Positions 55,272 to 64,000 of a DNA stretch of 64,000 nucleotides are shown one piece after another (position 1 is the first letter of the stretch; each line of letters starts with the position of its first letter). The stretch covers positions 32,001-96,000 of the IMG/VR virus record IMGVR_UViG_3300049218_000295; one strand, given 5' to 3'. Under the pieces are notes generated by a model, which was not told the origin of the DNA, made no database searches, and worked only from the letters and a program-made list of their open reading frames with translations. The DNA comes from a virus. The translations under genes and the position numbers were made by a program.

Positions 55272-58200
55272 ATGACATTAAGAGCACTCCTTCAGTTCCG
55301 CAATCTCGACAGCACTTCCGACATCAATACGCGATATGTCAATCTTATTGGTCCCGGCGTCTACCATGGTGGACAAGTAACGCCCGTTCCGGCCCAGCTT
55401 GCGGTGAGTCTTGCTCCTTGGCAACTTGTTAACGTAGATGGTATGGTCGCTGAAGAAACCAGTGATACGGTAATCTTACAATGCCCTGCGGGACAAACGA
55501 CTGTTATTGCAGTGTATGCAGTGTACGTCGAAAATGGCGCACCCATTCTACAGACTGTCGCTTACGAGCGCGATGCCTTCTATTTACTCCCTGATCTTGA
55601 GCATTATGTCATTATGGCGATGGTCACCGTTCCTATTGGTGCCACTTCTATTTTGTCTTCCTACATCAGTTACGAATACCGCCAAAGCATCGACCCGCTC
55701 GGAAGGTCGCCTTTCCGTGGGTTCACGAACGCCACTCCGACCGACACTGTGGACAACCAAGTCGGCGATTTCTATATTGTAGTGACCGGCGGTGTTGCAA
55801 ATCTCTGGGCTTGGACTGGTACACAGTGGCAAGTCATGACAGACTTTGTTGCCCTATCGGCGGAACTGGCTAACCACATTGCCAACCTTGATGTCAACGT
55901 CAAGCATATTACTGATAACGAACTCGCAGCAGTTGTTGGTACTTCTGGGGTAGAGGCATCAGCAGTCATACAAGATATTACTTACTCTGCTGCTGCTGTC
56001 GGTGTCGCTGGGAATTTAATCAGTATAGCCTACACCAGTGGTGGTGTTGCCGGTAGTGAACTTGTTACCGTTACAGGCAATGCTATTTCGGTCAAAATTG
56101 CCGATGGCGTATCAACAGCACTTCAGATTAAAACGGCGATTGATAACAGTCCCGCTGCAGATTTGGTAACAGACCAAATCACTGGAATTGGAAGCAATCC
56201 CCAATACACTACGGCTGCAGTTCTACTAACTGATGGGGCAGGAGAACCAGTCAGCGCCGCCAACAAATTGGTGGACAATGCCGACCCTCGGATTCCTCTC
56301 CTCAACGAAGCACAGGCCCTTCCTGGTTCAAATGGCATCCCAGGCCCAGACAACCTTTATATCACTCAAGATTACCCATTAGCGATTCCGGAAGAACAGG
56401 CTTTCGTTCTTCCTCTTGCTCAGTTCCCACCGTTAGCAGTGAGTCCGCAAGCGGTCTATCTAACGGTTTCAGATGGACCGATTTACGTTGGTCTCTCTTC
56501 AATCGGTTCGGCCAACATTTACTTCAGATTCTACGACCCCTCCGACAATCGAGAATTTACAACTGCGTCAGAACTCACGGTCAACTGCACCGGCGTTTAC
56601 AAGGATGCTAACCTTACTATTGAACTTGACCCGAGTACGGACTCCAATGTTGATGAGTACGGTTTCTTTAACAACGCTGGCCTCTACATCAAGTTCAGTA
56701 CCCTACCTGATACCAACTTCAGACTGATTTATGGTCAGGGGTTCACTCTTGGCTCACTACCAAACGGTGCGCTACTTCGTCGCAATATTTATGACGCCCA
56801 AACCACTGGTGAGACAGTTATTGCTATTGAGCAGATTAAGGGCCGACCGTACACTACTGAGCCACCGACCGATGAGCAAAATATCAACCTTCGGTCCAGC
56901 CAAGTCCAATTGCAAGAATACATGGCCACGGTTTTCAACGCTGACCATGTGGTATCTAATTTTGCCAATGCAGCTAGCGTTCCCGATTTTGGAACTGATT
57001 TTGTCGAAAACGTAGGAATACCCACCGGTGCCACGTTTACCAACACCAATTTGGTCGGCTTCACCTATAATAGCACTACTGGGGTCGTCACTTACAACAG
57101 CTCGGTCGATCTTTCCGCCGTCACAGCAGGAAACATCTTTCTTGACGGCGCAGGAAACGCCTTTACAATTCAGTCAGCACCTTCTGGTTTCTCATTAACC
57201 ATTCGAACTCGCGATGGCTATATTCCGCAGTCCTCTACTCAGAACCCCCTAGGTGGAGTTAACACCTCGGTCACAACAGCCTTAAACGGCTCTTGCCAGC
57301 CGGATAACAACCCACGCAATATCAATCTGAGTACACTGCAATACGTTTCCGGACGCGAACGTATTAATATCCGCAACATCTCAGTAGCCCCGAATGAGTA
57401 TCACCCAATTACGAACAACGTGGCCTATCAAATAATCACGCCAGTACGTTCTGAAAACTTCGGTGAGCCACGTGTTCGACTGTACGGCGGACTCGAAGTC
57501 ATTAACACCGGTAGACTTCAAAGGGTCATCGCTGCCGGTTCTTCTCGGATGTTAGTGACGGGTTTTTTCACAGAGCTTTACTTGCTTTGCGACTTTACTT
57601 CGCCTCTACAGACCTCGCTCCCCTCAGTGACAGTCAAAGTGGATGGGTCGCTTACCGGTACAACTGTTGACCTCAGTCGCAGTGGCACCGAAATCAACTT
57701 TATTACAATGCAGAGTCTACCAGGAATTCGGGCGAAATCCGTTGCTATGGTCAACGGTCTCTCCGATGGAGTTCCTCATACAGTCGAGATTGTAGTGGCT
57801 GCAGGTAGCTCCATGGTTTGCTATGGTTTTGACCTTATTCGCTACGCGGTAACCTCAGGGCTTGTAATTCCTGGGCGTGCCTTTGTCCAAGCTGACTTGT
57901 ATAAAAACGACATTGTCCAAACGCTCCTTACCCCGGCGATTGGAGCCCAGCAGCGCGGTGGCGTTTCGGTTCGCTACGTCAATCGCGAGCAAGCCCTATC
58001 TTCAGAAACGTACCTTCTCACCGATTTTGATGGTACACTTCAAGGTCCGGCGGGAACTGCCGTTCCTTCAACACCGAACTTTACCGTCGGCAGCGGACTT
58101 TCTAAATTTTCCTACTACAAGGTCGGCGATGTTGTTAAGTTAGTGACTTCCTCTACCGAAGAAATCAAGCAGATTCTTTCAATTGGACCGGGTGCTGGTC

Positions 58201-60230
58201 AGGTGGTCTTCACTACCAATGTGACTTCATCGGGTTCGGCAGCTCTACTCCACATCGCAAGTACTCAGGGCGATTCAATTGACCCGACGCAAGAATACAA
58301 AAGGTATTCACCGACGGATTTCGGTCTCGGCATAACCAATGGCCCAATCACCGACTTCTCTACACCAACTTCGGCGACTCAAAACCGGATGTTCACGATG
58401 GAAGATGGCTGCACGACCATGGCGGGACAGCAGCTTAGTTTCACCAACGTAAACGTAGAAAGCACCAACTACGCGCTGTATCTTCCGAATTCTTCTTCGA
58501 CTTTGTTCATCCGGGCGCTGTGCAGTCGCATGGACATCCTGGTACCAAACTTATCGCCTTGTACCATGAATGTCTCAGTTGACGGCTGCCCTCCTTTCGC
58601 CGTTTCCATTGCAGGAGTTGGTCTACAACGAGTCACACTCTTAGTGAATGCTCGCTACCAGACCCATGAAATTACCATCACCAATAGTGCTGGCCTCACA
58701 GTTTCTGGTATCATTCTTCACGAACCTGCTATTTCCCCTGCGATTCAGGGCGCGGCTCTTGGAACCCAGAACTTGTTGGCCCGCTACGCCGCCGGTAATA
58801 ACCCCGATGGTACGATTATACCAATCGGAGCTGTGGCGCTTGACCCAACAACTACCGAGGGACGTTTCTACAGTGGGTCTGGTCTAGGTAATACCTGGAC
58901 GGACGTTCAAGACTTTGTAAATGCCCCCGCGACTGGGCGGTACATTTCCTCGAACCAGGCTGGTTCATATTTTGAATACGAATTCTTCGGCGACGGCTTT
59001 GAAATCGAATTTTCTTGCGGACCAGATCGCGGACAGGCCCTCATTGAACTGAATGGCTTAGTGGCAAATAGCACCAACTATTCCGCCACCTTCCGAAATG
59101 TAAACGCCACGACTGGTGTCGTGGACATGTACTCCTCTACTGTAAGCAGACAGCGGTTTGGCATCTCCTCACTAACCTATGGTAAGTTCACATTAAGAGT
59201 TAGCGTACAAAATCCAGCCCAGAAAAATTCTGCAAGCTCTGGCTACAACATCAACATTGCTACCATCTACTTGCTTAATACCAGTGGCTACAACAGCGTC
59301 ACTCCGTTGCAGGACTACTCCCAGGAGTTTGTTATCGGTCAAGAGACGGTTCGCGATTCTCGCCAATTCGAATCCGGCGCTACTGCTCCCATTACTCTTA
59401 CCCAAGTCCAGCAGGTTCTTGCCTATCCACGTGACGGTTCCTACTCGGTCGGCTTTGAGTCAGATGATGATTTCCCCGTTCTCCCCGATGGCTCAAACGG
59501 TGGTGCGCAGATCATAGCGGCCCTTGCTGCCGCAGCCGCAACCCCAGACAGTCTCGACCCTCGAACCATACGCAAAATTTGGATTAAGCCAGGAACCTAT
59601 CAAATCACGTCGTTAATCCAGGTACCTACAAGTATTGAAATTGAAGGGATAGGGTTCCCTGTATTGAACAACAATGGGGCGGGAAGCACATGCTTCCAGG
59701 CTACTGGCACGCAGATTAGAATCCGTTCTCTTGACTTCAGTGGCTTCACGATTGCGGTCGATGTAAACAACAACACTGGCATCTCCATGTTCTTCAACCG
59801 GAACATGACTCATGCTAACATGCTGTTGGCTGACACGATTGTAACTCCAACTGATGCGCAAGCAGTGGTTGGTACCACGGCTTCACTCCAAGCAGGATTT
59901 GCCACTCATACGGACTTGCAGGCTGCTCACGATGCCGTCCCTGCTGGAAGCAAAATCATTTTGCTCGCTGGTACCAACATCACCAACCCCGTCACCATCA
60001 GCAAGAACAATATCTTGATTGAAGGTATGGGCAATGCGGCAGTGGTGAACACCACAATCACAATCACATCCAATAACTGTATGGTGAAGTATTTGCGTTG
60101 TGCGGGAACCGCGCCGTCACTTGTTGTGAGTGGAAACTACAACATCCTGAAAGAGATTTGGATTCCGAGCACAGGTGGTATTTCGGATTCCGGAGTGGAC
60201 AACGTCTACGAGGTAATTCAGGAGTTATAA
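55272..60230 (+). CDS. large tail fibre/spike protein with carbohydrate-binding-like domains and C-terminal beta-helix
   Basis: 1652 aa, beta-rich; FEYEFFGDGFEI..GPDRG; IWIKPGTYQI and LQAAHDAVPAGSKI pectin-lyase-like caps. Confidence 0.75.
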   Translation: MTLRALLQFRNLDSTSDINTRYVNLIGPGVYHGGQVTPVPAQLAVSLAPWQLVNVDGMVAEETSDTVILQCPAGQTTVIAVYAVYVENGAPILQTVAYERDAFYLLPDLEHYVIMAMVTVPIGATSILSSYISYEYRQSIDPLGRSPFRGFTNATPTDTVDNQVGDFYIVVTGGVANLWAWTGTQWQVMTDFVALSAELANHIANLDVNVKHITDNELAAVVGTSGVEASAVIQDITYSAAAVGVAGNLISIAYTSGGVAGSELVTVTGNAISVKIADGVSTALQIKTAIDNSPAADLVTDQITGIGSNPQYTTAAVLLTDGAGEPVSAANKLVDNADPRIPLLNEAQALPGSNGIPGPDNLYITQDYPLAIPEEQAFVLPLAQFPPLAVSPQAVYLTVSDGPIYVGLSSIGSANIYFRFYDPSDNREFTTASELTVNCTGVYKDANLTIELDPSTDSNVDEYGFFNNAGLYIKFSTLPDTNFRLIYGQGFTLGSLPNGALLRRNIYDAQTTGETVIAIEQIKGRPYTTEPPTDEQNINLRSSQVQLQEYMATVFNADHVVSNFANAASVPDFGTDFVENVGIPTGATFTNTNLVGFTYNSTTGVVTYNSSVDLSAVTAGNIFLDGAGNAFTIQSAPSGFSLTIRTRDGYIPQSSTQNPLGGVNTSVTTALNGSCQPDNNPRNINLSTLQYVSGRERINIRNISVAPNEYHPITNNVAYQIITPVRSENFGEPRVRLYGGLEVINTGRLQRVIAAGSSRMLVTGFFTELYLLCDFTSPLQTSLPSVTVKVDGSLTGTTVDLSRSGTEINFITMQSLPGIRAKSVAMVNGLSDGVPHTVEIVVAAGSSMVCYGFDLIRYAVTSGLVIPGRAFVQADLYKNDIVQTLLTPAIGAQQRGGVSVRYVNREQALSSETYLLTDFDGTLQGPAGTAVPSTPNFTVGSGLSKFSYYKVGDVVKLVTSSTEEIKQILSIGPGAGQVVFTTNVTSSGSAALLHIASTQGDSIDPTQEYKRYSPTDFGLGITNGPITDFSTPTSATQNRMFTMEDGCTTMAGQQLSFTNVNVESTNYALYLPNSSSTLFIRALCSRMDILVPNLSPCTMNVSVDGCPPFAVSIAGVGLQRVTLLVNARYQTHEITITNSAGLTVSGIILHEPAISPAIQGAALGTQNLLARYAAGNNPDGTIIPIGAVALDPTTTEGRFYSGSGLGNTWTDVQDFVNAPATGRYISSNQAGSYFEYEFFGDGFEIEFSCGPDRGQALIELNGLVANSTNYSATFRNVNATTGVVDMYSSTVSRQRFGISSLTYGKFTLRVSVQNPAQKNSASSGYNINIATIYLLNTSGYNSVTPLQDYSQEFVIGQETVRDSRQFESGATAPITLTQVQQVLAYPRDGSYSVGFESDDDFPVLPDGSNGGAQIIAALAAAAATPDSLDPRTIRKIWIKPGTYQITSLIQVPTSIEIEGIGFPVLNNNGAGSTCFQATGTQIRIRSLDFSGFTIAVDVNNNTGISMFFNRNMTHANMLLADTIVTPTDAQAVVGTTASLQAGFATHTDLQAAHDAVPAGSKIILLAGTNITNPVTISKNNILIEGMGNAAVVNTTITITSNNCMVKYLRCAGTAPSLVVSGNYNILKEIWIPSTGGISDSGVDNVYEVIQEL

Positions 60231-60878
60231 ATGCCTTTTATTGGTACCAGCGAAAATACCGGTATGATTAAGGAATGGACAAGTGCCACCTTACCGGCTG
60301 GTTATTTGTTTTGTGATGGAACTTTGTATCCGACCGCCACATATCCAAGTCTATTTTCAATCATAGGCACTAATTACAACATAGTTGGCGATGCTGCTGG
60401 ATATTTCCGGGTGCCTGACCTACGTGGTAAGACGCCGTTAGGTACAGGACAAGATGTGTACCAAGGACTCACCAACCGCTCTTTGGCTGAGTATGTTGGC
60501 GAGGAGCTGCATGTGCTGGGGACCAGTGAACTCGGTCTACACACTCACTCGCAGGGCACGATGCAAACCGAGACCCAAGCTCACGGTCATACGGCGACCA
60601 CGAACCAATACGATTTGAATCACACACACTCATACACGGAGTACCCAAATTCGGGTAGTGATAATGGACCTTCTGGCGGCGGAACTAGTGCCGGGCAAAA
60701 TAATGCAGGCACCGGAGCGGCACAAGAAAGCTTGTATCATAACCACAATAGCACAATGGGTGACAATATTGGCGACCACACACATACATTAACTACAGGG
60801 ACAGGAGATGGAGTTACGGACACTGGGCACAACAATATGCAGCCCTTTCTGGTCCTCAACTTCATAATTAAATACTGA
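60231..60878 (+). CDS. tail collar domain fibre protein 1
   Basis: GYLFCDG...YPSLFSIIGT..FRVPDLRG, HxH repeats, HNNMQP..NFIIKY. Confidence 0.9.
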   Translation: MPFIGTSENTGMIKEWTSATLPAGYLFCDGTLYPTATYPSLFSIIGTNYNIVGDAAGYFRVPDLRGKTPLGTGQDVYQGLTNRSLAEYVGEELHVLGTSELGLHTHSQGTMQTETQAHGHTATTNQYDLNHTHSYTEYPNSGSDNGPSGGGTSAGQNNAGTGAAQESLYHNHNSTMGDNIGDHTHTLTTGTGDGVTDTGHNNMQPFLVLNFIIKY

Positions 60879-60879
60879 T

Positions 60880-61560
60880 ATGCCGATTTTGAGGAACTCA
60901 GCCGATGTTACCGGAACGATCAAGTATTTATCGAATACTTTGATTGTGAACGGTTACATACCTTGCGACGGTTCCGTCTATCCAATCGCTACTTATCCTT
61001 CGCTTGCTAGCGTCATTGGGACGACTTACAACATCGGTGGTGAGGGTTCTTCCAACTTCCGTGTTCCGGATCTTCGGAGCAAAACGCCGGTCGGTGCTGG
61101 TCAGGACAGCGCCCATAACCTGAGTAACCGCGTGCTTGGTTATTACGGCGTGGGTTTCGACGTTGGGGAAGAAACCCACGTTCTGGTGGTTGATGAGTTG
61201 GCCGAACACGTGCACACTGCTACCACCGGGATTGAATCTCCTCTTCATGCCCACCCCAATAGCATTAACTACACTACGACTAACATTAGTGGTCAGGATC
61301 TCAATTCACATGCTCACTACTATACCCACACCAATACTGCTTTTGATGGCGACAGCGGTGGTGGTAGCACCATGCCTAATGGAGACCGAGGGGCGACTAC
61401 TGGTGGGTCGGGTAGCTTAAATCATGGTCACACTTATACAACTAGCAACGCAAGTTACAGTCACAACCATCAATATCAAACTGACGAAGGGACTGGTTTG
61501 GGAGACAGTCACAACAATATGCAGCCAAGTTTAGTCTGCTGCTTTTATATAAAGTATTAA
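60880..61560 (+). CDS. tail collar domain fibre protein 2
   Basis: Same architecture as protein 1. Confidence 0.9.
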   Translation: MPILRNSADVTGTIKYLSNTLIVNGYIPCDGSVYPIATYPSLASVIGTTYNIGGEGSSNFRVPDLRSKTPVGAGQDSAHNLSNRVLGYYGVGFDVGEETHVLVVDELAEHVHTATTGIESPLHAHPNSINYTTTNISGQDLNSHAHYYTHTNTAFDGDSGGGSTMPNGDRGATTGGSGSLNHGHTYTTSNASYSHNHQYQTDEGTGLGDSHNNMQPSLVCCFYIKY

Positions 61561-61563
61561 CTT

Positions 61564-62214
61564 ATGCCACTACTTACAGTTGACGCCACAGGAAATATTA
61601 AGACTTTTGCACCAGGGGTGACTACTGTTGGCTATCTTCCATGCGATGGCAGTCAATACCCCCAAACCCAATACCCTAGTCTCTTTGCGGTTATTGGAAC
61701 CACCTTCAATCTGGGTACTGAAACTGCTGGCAATTTTAGGGTCCCGAACATGCAGGGCAAGGTGAAGCTCGGGGCAGGACAAGATGCAACTCGAGGATTG
61801 AGTGCCCGCACATTAGGGGAATTTCTGGGTGAAGAAAACCATTCTCTAGCTACTGCTGAAATGCCACCCCATACTCATAGTGGTTATACCGACTACAACA
61901 GCACCGATAATCATTATCACAATGGTAATTCAGTTAGCGACAACTTGAACCTCAACCATACACATTCCTACACTGCCATTAACACACACGGTGCGGGTAG
62001 CGGTGGTGGTAACGCGGGAGCTAACGCTTCGGGGCAAAACACCACTGGTGCATATAATATTTCGCTGGTGCATGACCATGGTGTTTCAATCACTTCCTTG
62101 GCCAATACCCATACCAACAATTCATACACCACCGACACTGGAACTGGAGTCGCCGGTGATCCCCACAACAACATGCAACCTTCATTAGGAATTCCGTACT
62201 ATATTAAATACTAA
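61564..62214 (+). CDS. tail collar domain fibre protein 3
   Basis: Same architecture as protein 1. Confidence 0.9.
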   Translation: MPLLTVDATGNIKTFAPGVTTVGYLPCDGSQYPQTQYPSLFAVIGTTFNLGTETAGNFRVPNMQGKVKLGAGQDATRGLSARTLGEFLGEENHSLATAEMPPHTHSGYTDYNSTDNHYHNGNSVSDNLNLNHTHSYTAINTHGAGSGGGNAGANASGQNTTGAYNISLVHDHGVSITSLANTHTNNSYTTDTGTGVAGDPHNNMQPSLGIPYYIKY

Positions 62215-62216
62215 CT

Positions 62217-63062
62217 ATGTCAAATCCATTTACCTACGAACCTACCGACTACACTTTTGAATCCACGGAGCCCGCTGACCTACAGCAACATCCTGAGTAC
62301 CTCCGCAATTTGGAGGTCATCAAAAAGCAGCCACATGAGTTAGTCTGTGACGACTTAATTAATTGGGGCCAAGTGGAGAGCAACCGCAGGGAGTATGTAA
62401 GGAAATTAGAACGAGGACCGCATGCCACAATTTGGGACTATATCGAGCCCCCAGTGGGAACGTACCTATGGTATCAACAATACGTCAATGAAGATACTGG
62501 ACTCGCGAGGCTTGAGCATGTCCATGTGAACAACTTGTTGTATTACTCTGGCGGTATTTCTCAGTGGGACCTTAATGAGAGCTACAAGATTGAGCGCTAT
62601 CGGTCGATGTACCGTAACGGGAGTACGATTTCAACCGGAAACTTGACCAAGATCAAAAGCACTTACATCAACCCAATTCGGGTTTTCCGGGACAAGCAAA
62701 AGAGGCTGTTCATCCTAGATGGTTACAAACGTCACCGTGCAGCCGAACTAGAAAAAGTTAAAGTTTTATCCGCCTGGGTTTTTGAAGTAAATGGAGATTT
62801 CTTGGCCAACCGGACTCACTATATTGAACAAGCAATCAAAGAGGGTAAAGAAGTTCCGAAGCATGAGCTGAGCCTAGTTGGGGAGTCGTATCCCTTGTAT
62901 GTACCCCCGGTGGGATATCAAGATTTGCGTAAACGTTACTACCCACCAGTAGGAAAACAAATTGACGCAATGTTGAAAGCGGTGATGGAAGGAGACAAAT
63001 CTGACTTGAAAGCACTGTATGAAACTATCAAACAGGTTAAAGCCAGATTTCCTAAAGAATGA
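62217..63062 (+). CDS. ParB/Srx-like domain fused to a tail-fibre-assembly-like C-terminus
   Basis: NPIRV...ILDGYKRHRAA; C-terminal YQDLRKRYYPPVGKQIDAM...IKQVKARFPK. Confidence 0.6.
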   Translation: MSNPFTYEPTDYTFESTEPADLQQHPEYLRNLEVIKKQPHELVCDDLINWGQVESNRREYVRKLERGPHATIWDYIEPPVGTYLWYQQYVNEDTGLARLEHVHVNNLLYYSGGISQWDLNESYKIERYRSMYRNGSTISTGNLTKIKSTYINPIRVFRDKQKRLFILDGYKRHRAAELEKVKVLSAWVFEVNGDFLANRTHYIEQAIKEGKEVPKHELSLVGESYPLYVPPVGYQDLRKRYYPPVGKQIDAMLKAVMEGDKSDLKALYETIKQVKARFPKE

Positions 63063-63730
63063 AGAAACCGCATGAACTAGTTACTTCAGAGTTTGTTCCC
63101 TTTCGAGAGTATTCTATTCTCAAAAGGGACCTCAGTTCCATACCCGTCGGTTCCTACGCCTGGAACCGCCAGGGCCTAGCTCGTGACTCTGCAGTTCTCG
63201 AACTAGTAGAACTTGACCCCAAAGCATTGCTCTACCACGCAGTAGACGCTATGGAGAACGAGTGGGCACTAGAATGTCGATATCGTAATATTGGAAGAGT
63301 GAACCACCAGCTCCAAAAAACAGGGCAACTCCCGCCCATCACCGCCTACCTGGATAAGAACAAAAATATTAGGTGCGTTTATTTGTCGAGCTATATTGCC
63401 AAAGTAGCCCAGTCTCATCAACTTCCAAAAGTGAAAGTTTGGCTGATGGACGCGACCAAAGGCTACGCCCTTAACAGGACTTTATATTTGCAGCAAGCCG
63501 CCAAGGATGGTTTATCAATCCCCGCTGAAGTATTGGAGGAATATGACTCCGGTGCTTTCGGTCTTTCGTTGCCTCTTCACTGTCCAACCTTGACTGAAAC
63601 CGATAGCGCGTTTGTTGGGAAACCCAACGTCGGAGATCATTTAGAGAGGCTTTACGAGGCTCTATTGAAAGAAGACAAGGCTAACAATCTAACAGAAATC
63701 CAAAAAAGACTGAGAGCGCTCGATGAATAA
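63059..63730 (+). CDS. degenerate paralog of 62217..63062
   Basis: KKPHELV...LPPI...KVKVW...NRTLYLQQAAKDG..IP...PNVGDHL. Confidence 0.6.
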   Translation: MKKPHELVTSEFVPFREYSILKRDLSSIPVGSYAWNRQGLARDSAVLELVELDPKALLYHAVDAMENEWALECRYRNIGRVNHQLQKTGQLPPITAYLDKNKNIRCVYLSSYIAKVAQSHQLPKVKVWLMDATKGYALNRTLYLQQAAKDGLSIPAEVLEEYDSGAFGLSLPLHCPTLTETDSAFVGKPNVGDHLERLYEALLKEDKANNLTEIQKRLRALDE

Positions 63731-64000
63731 GATCTTCATTGGGTACGAGGAAAAGCAGAAGATTGCGGCTGACGTCCTAAAATTCAGTCTTCTGAAGCAT
63801 AGTACAATTCCTCTAGACATTCAATACCTCAAGTTGTCAGAACTCGACTTCCCTCGACCCATAGACCCGCTGCAGTCTACTGAGTTCACTTATTCACGTT
63901 TCTTAGTGCCCAGCATTTGCAACTACCAGGGCACGGCGCTGTTCTTGGACTGCGACATCTTATGCCTAAGCGATGTCAAAGAAATTTTTGAGCTTCCGAT
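63723..64000 (+). CDS. GT-A (GT8/CDI-like) glycosyltransferase (partial, runs off the right edge)
   Basis: Manual translation MNKIFIGYE...QSTEFTYSRFLVP...ALFLDCDIL (DxD motif). Confidence 0.8.
   Translation, partial: MNKIFIGYEEKQKIAADVLKFSLLKHSTIPLDIQYLKLSELDFPRPIDPLQSTEFTYSRFLVPSICNYQGTALFLDCDILCLSDVKEIFELP

Noticed and set aside
60231-62214. Diversity-generating retroelement or shufflon acting on the fibre genes
   Set aside because: No reverse transcriptase, recombinase, adenine-specific template/variable repeat pair or inverted crossover sites were seen.
1-64000. Stop-codon reassignment (alternative genetic code)
   Set aside because: Code-11 ORFs tile the window densely, and TAA, TAG and TGA all terminate recognisable full-length genes.

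Overview
The window reads as a gene-dense, standard-genetic-code segment of a large (jumbo-type) contractile-tailed phage. No rRNA, tRNA, CRISPR array or integrase was recognised. Replication and transcription genes: gp32-like SSB (partial), RpoD-sized sigma factor, SbcC/Rad50 ATPase, DnaG primase, Cas4-like nuclease, Pol III epsilon-like exonuclease, DinG helicase and DnaX. Nucleotide and auxiliary metabolism genes: PurZ-like synthetase, NrdAB, an NDT-family hydrolase, CoaD and Hsp20. It also holds three homing endonucleases, four glycosyltransferase genes plus a pyruvyltransferase, Thr-rich collagen-like fibre proteins, putative packaged effectors (ADP-ribosyltransferase, Nudix, SprT, nucleotidyltransferase), and a baseplate/tail-fibre block. 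Main leads: (1) a PurZ-type enzyme, suggesting 2-aminoadenine (Z) DNA in a jumbo myovirus with a Pol III-like replisome and no datZ/mazZ recognised in the window; (2) a phage sigma factor lacking region 4.2, matched by a recurrent TTATCTT/TTAWHTT element often 6-8 nt before start codons (a candidate -10-only, leaderless late regulon); (3) a candidate virion-fibre glycosylation system, including a GT-B enzyme apparently split across two genes by a homing-endonuclease remnant; (4) several structured non-coding leaders. All protein calls come from motif recognition by eye, not database searches.
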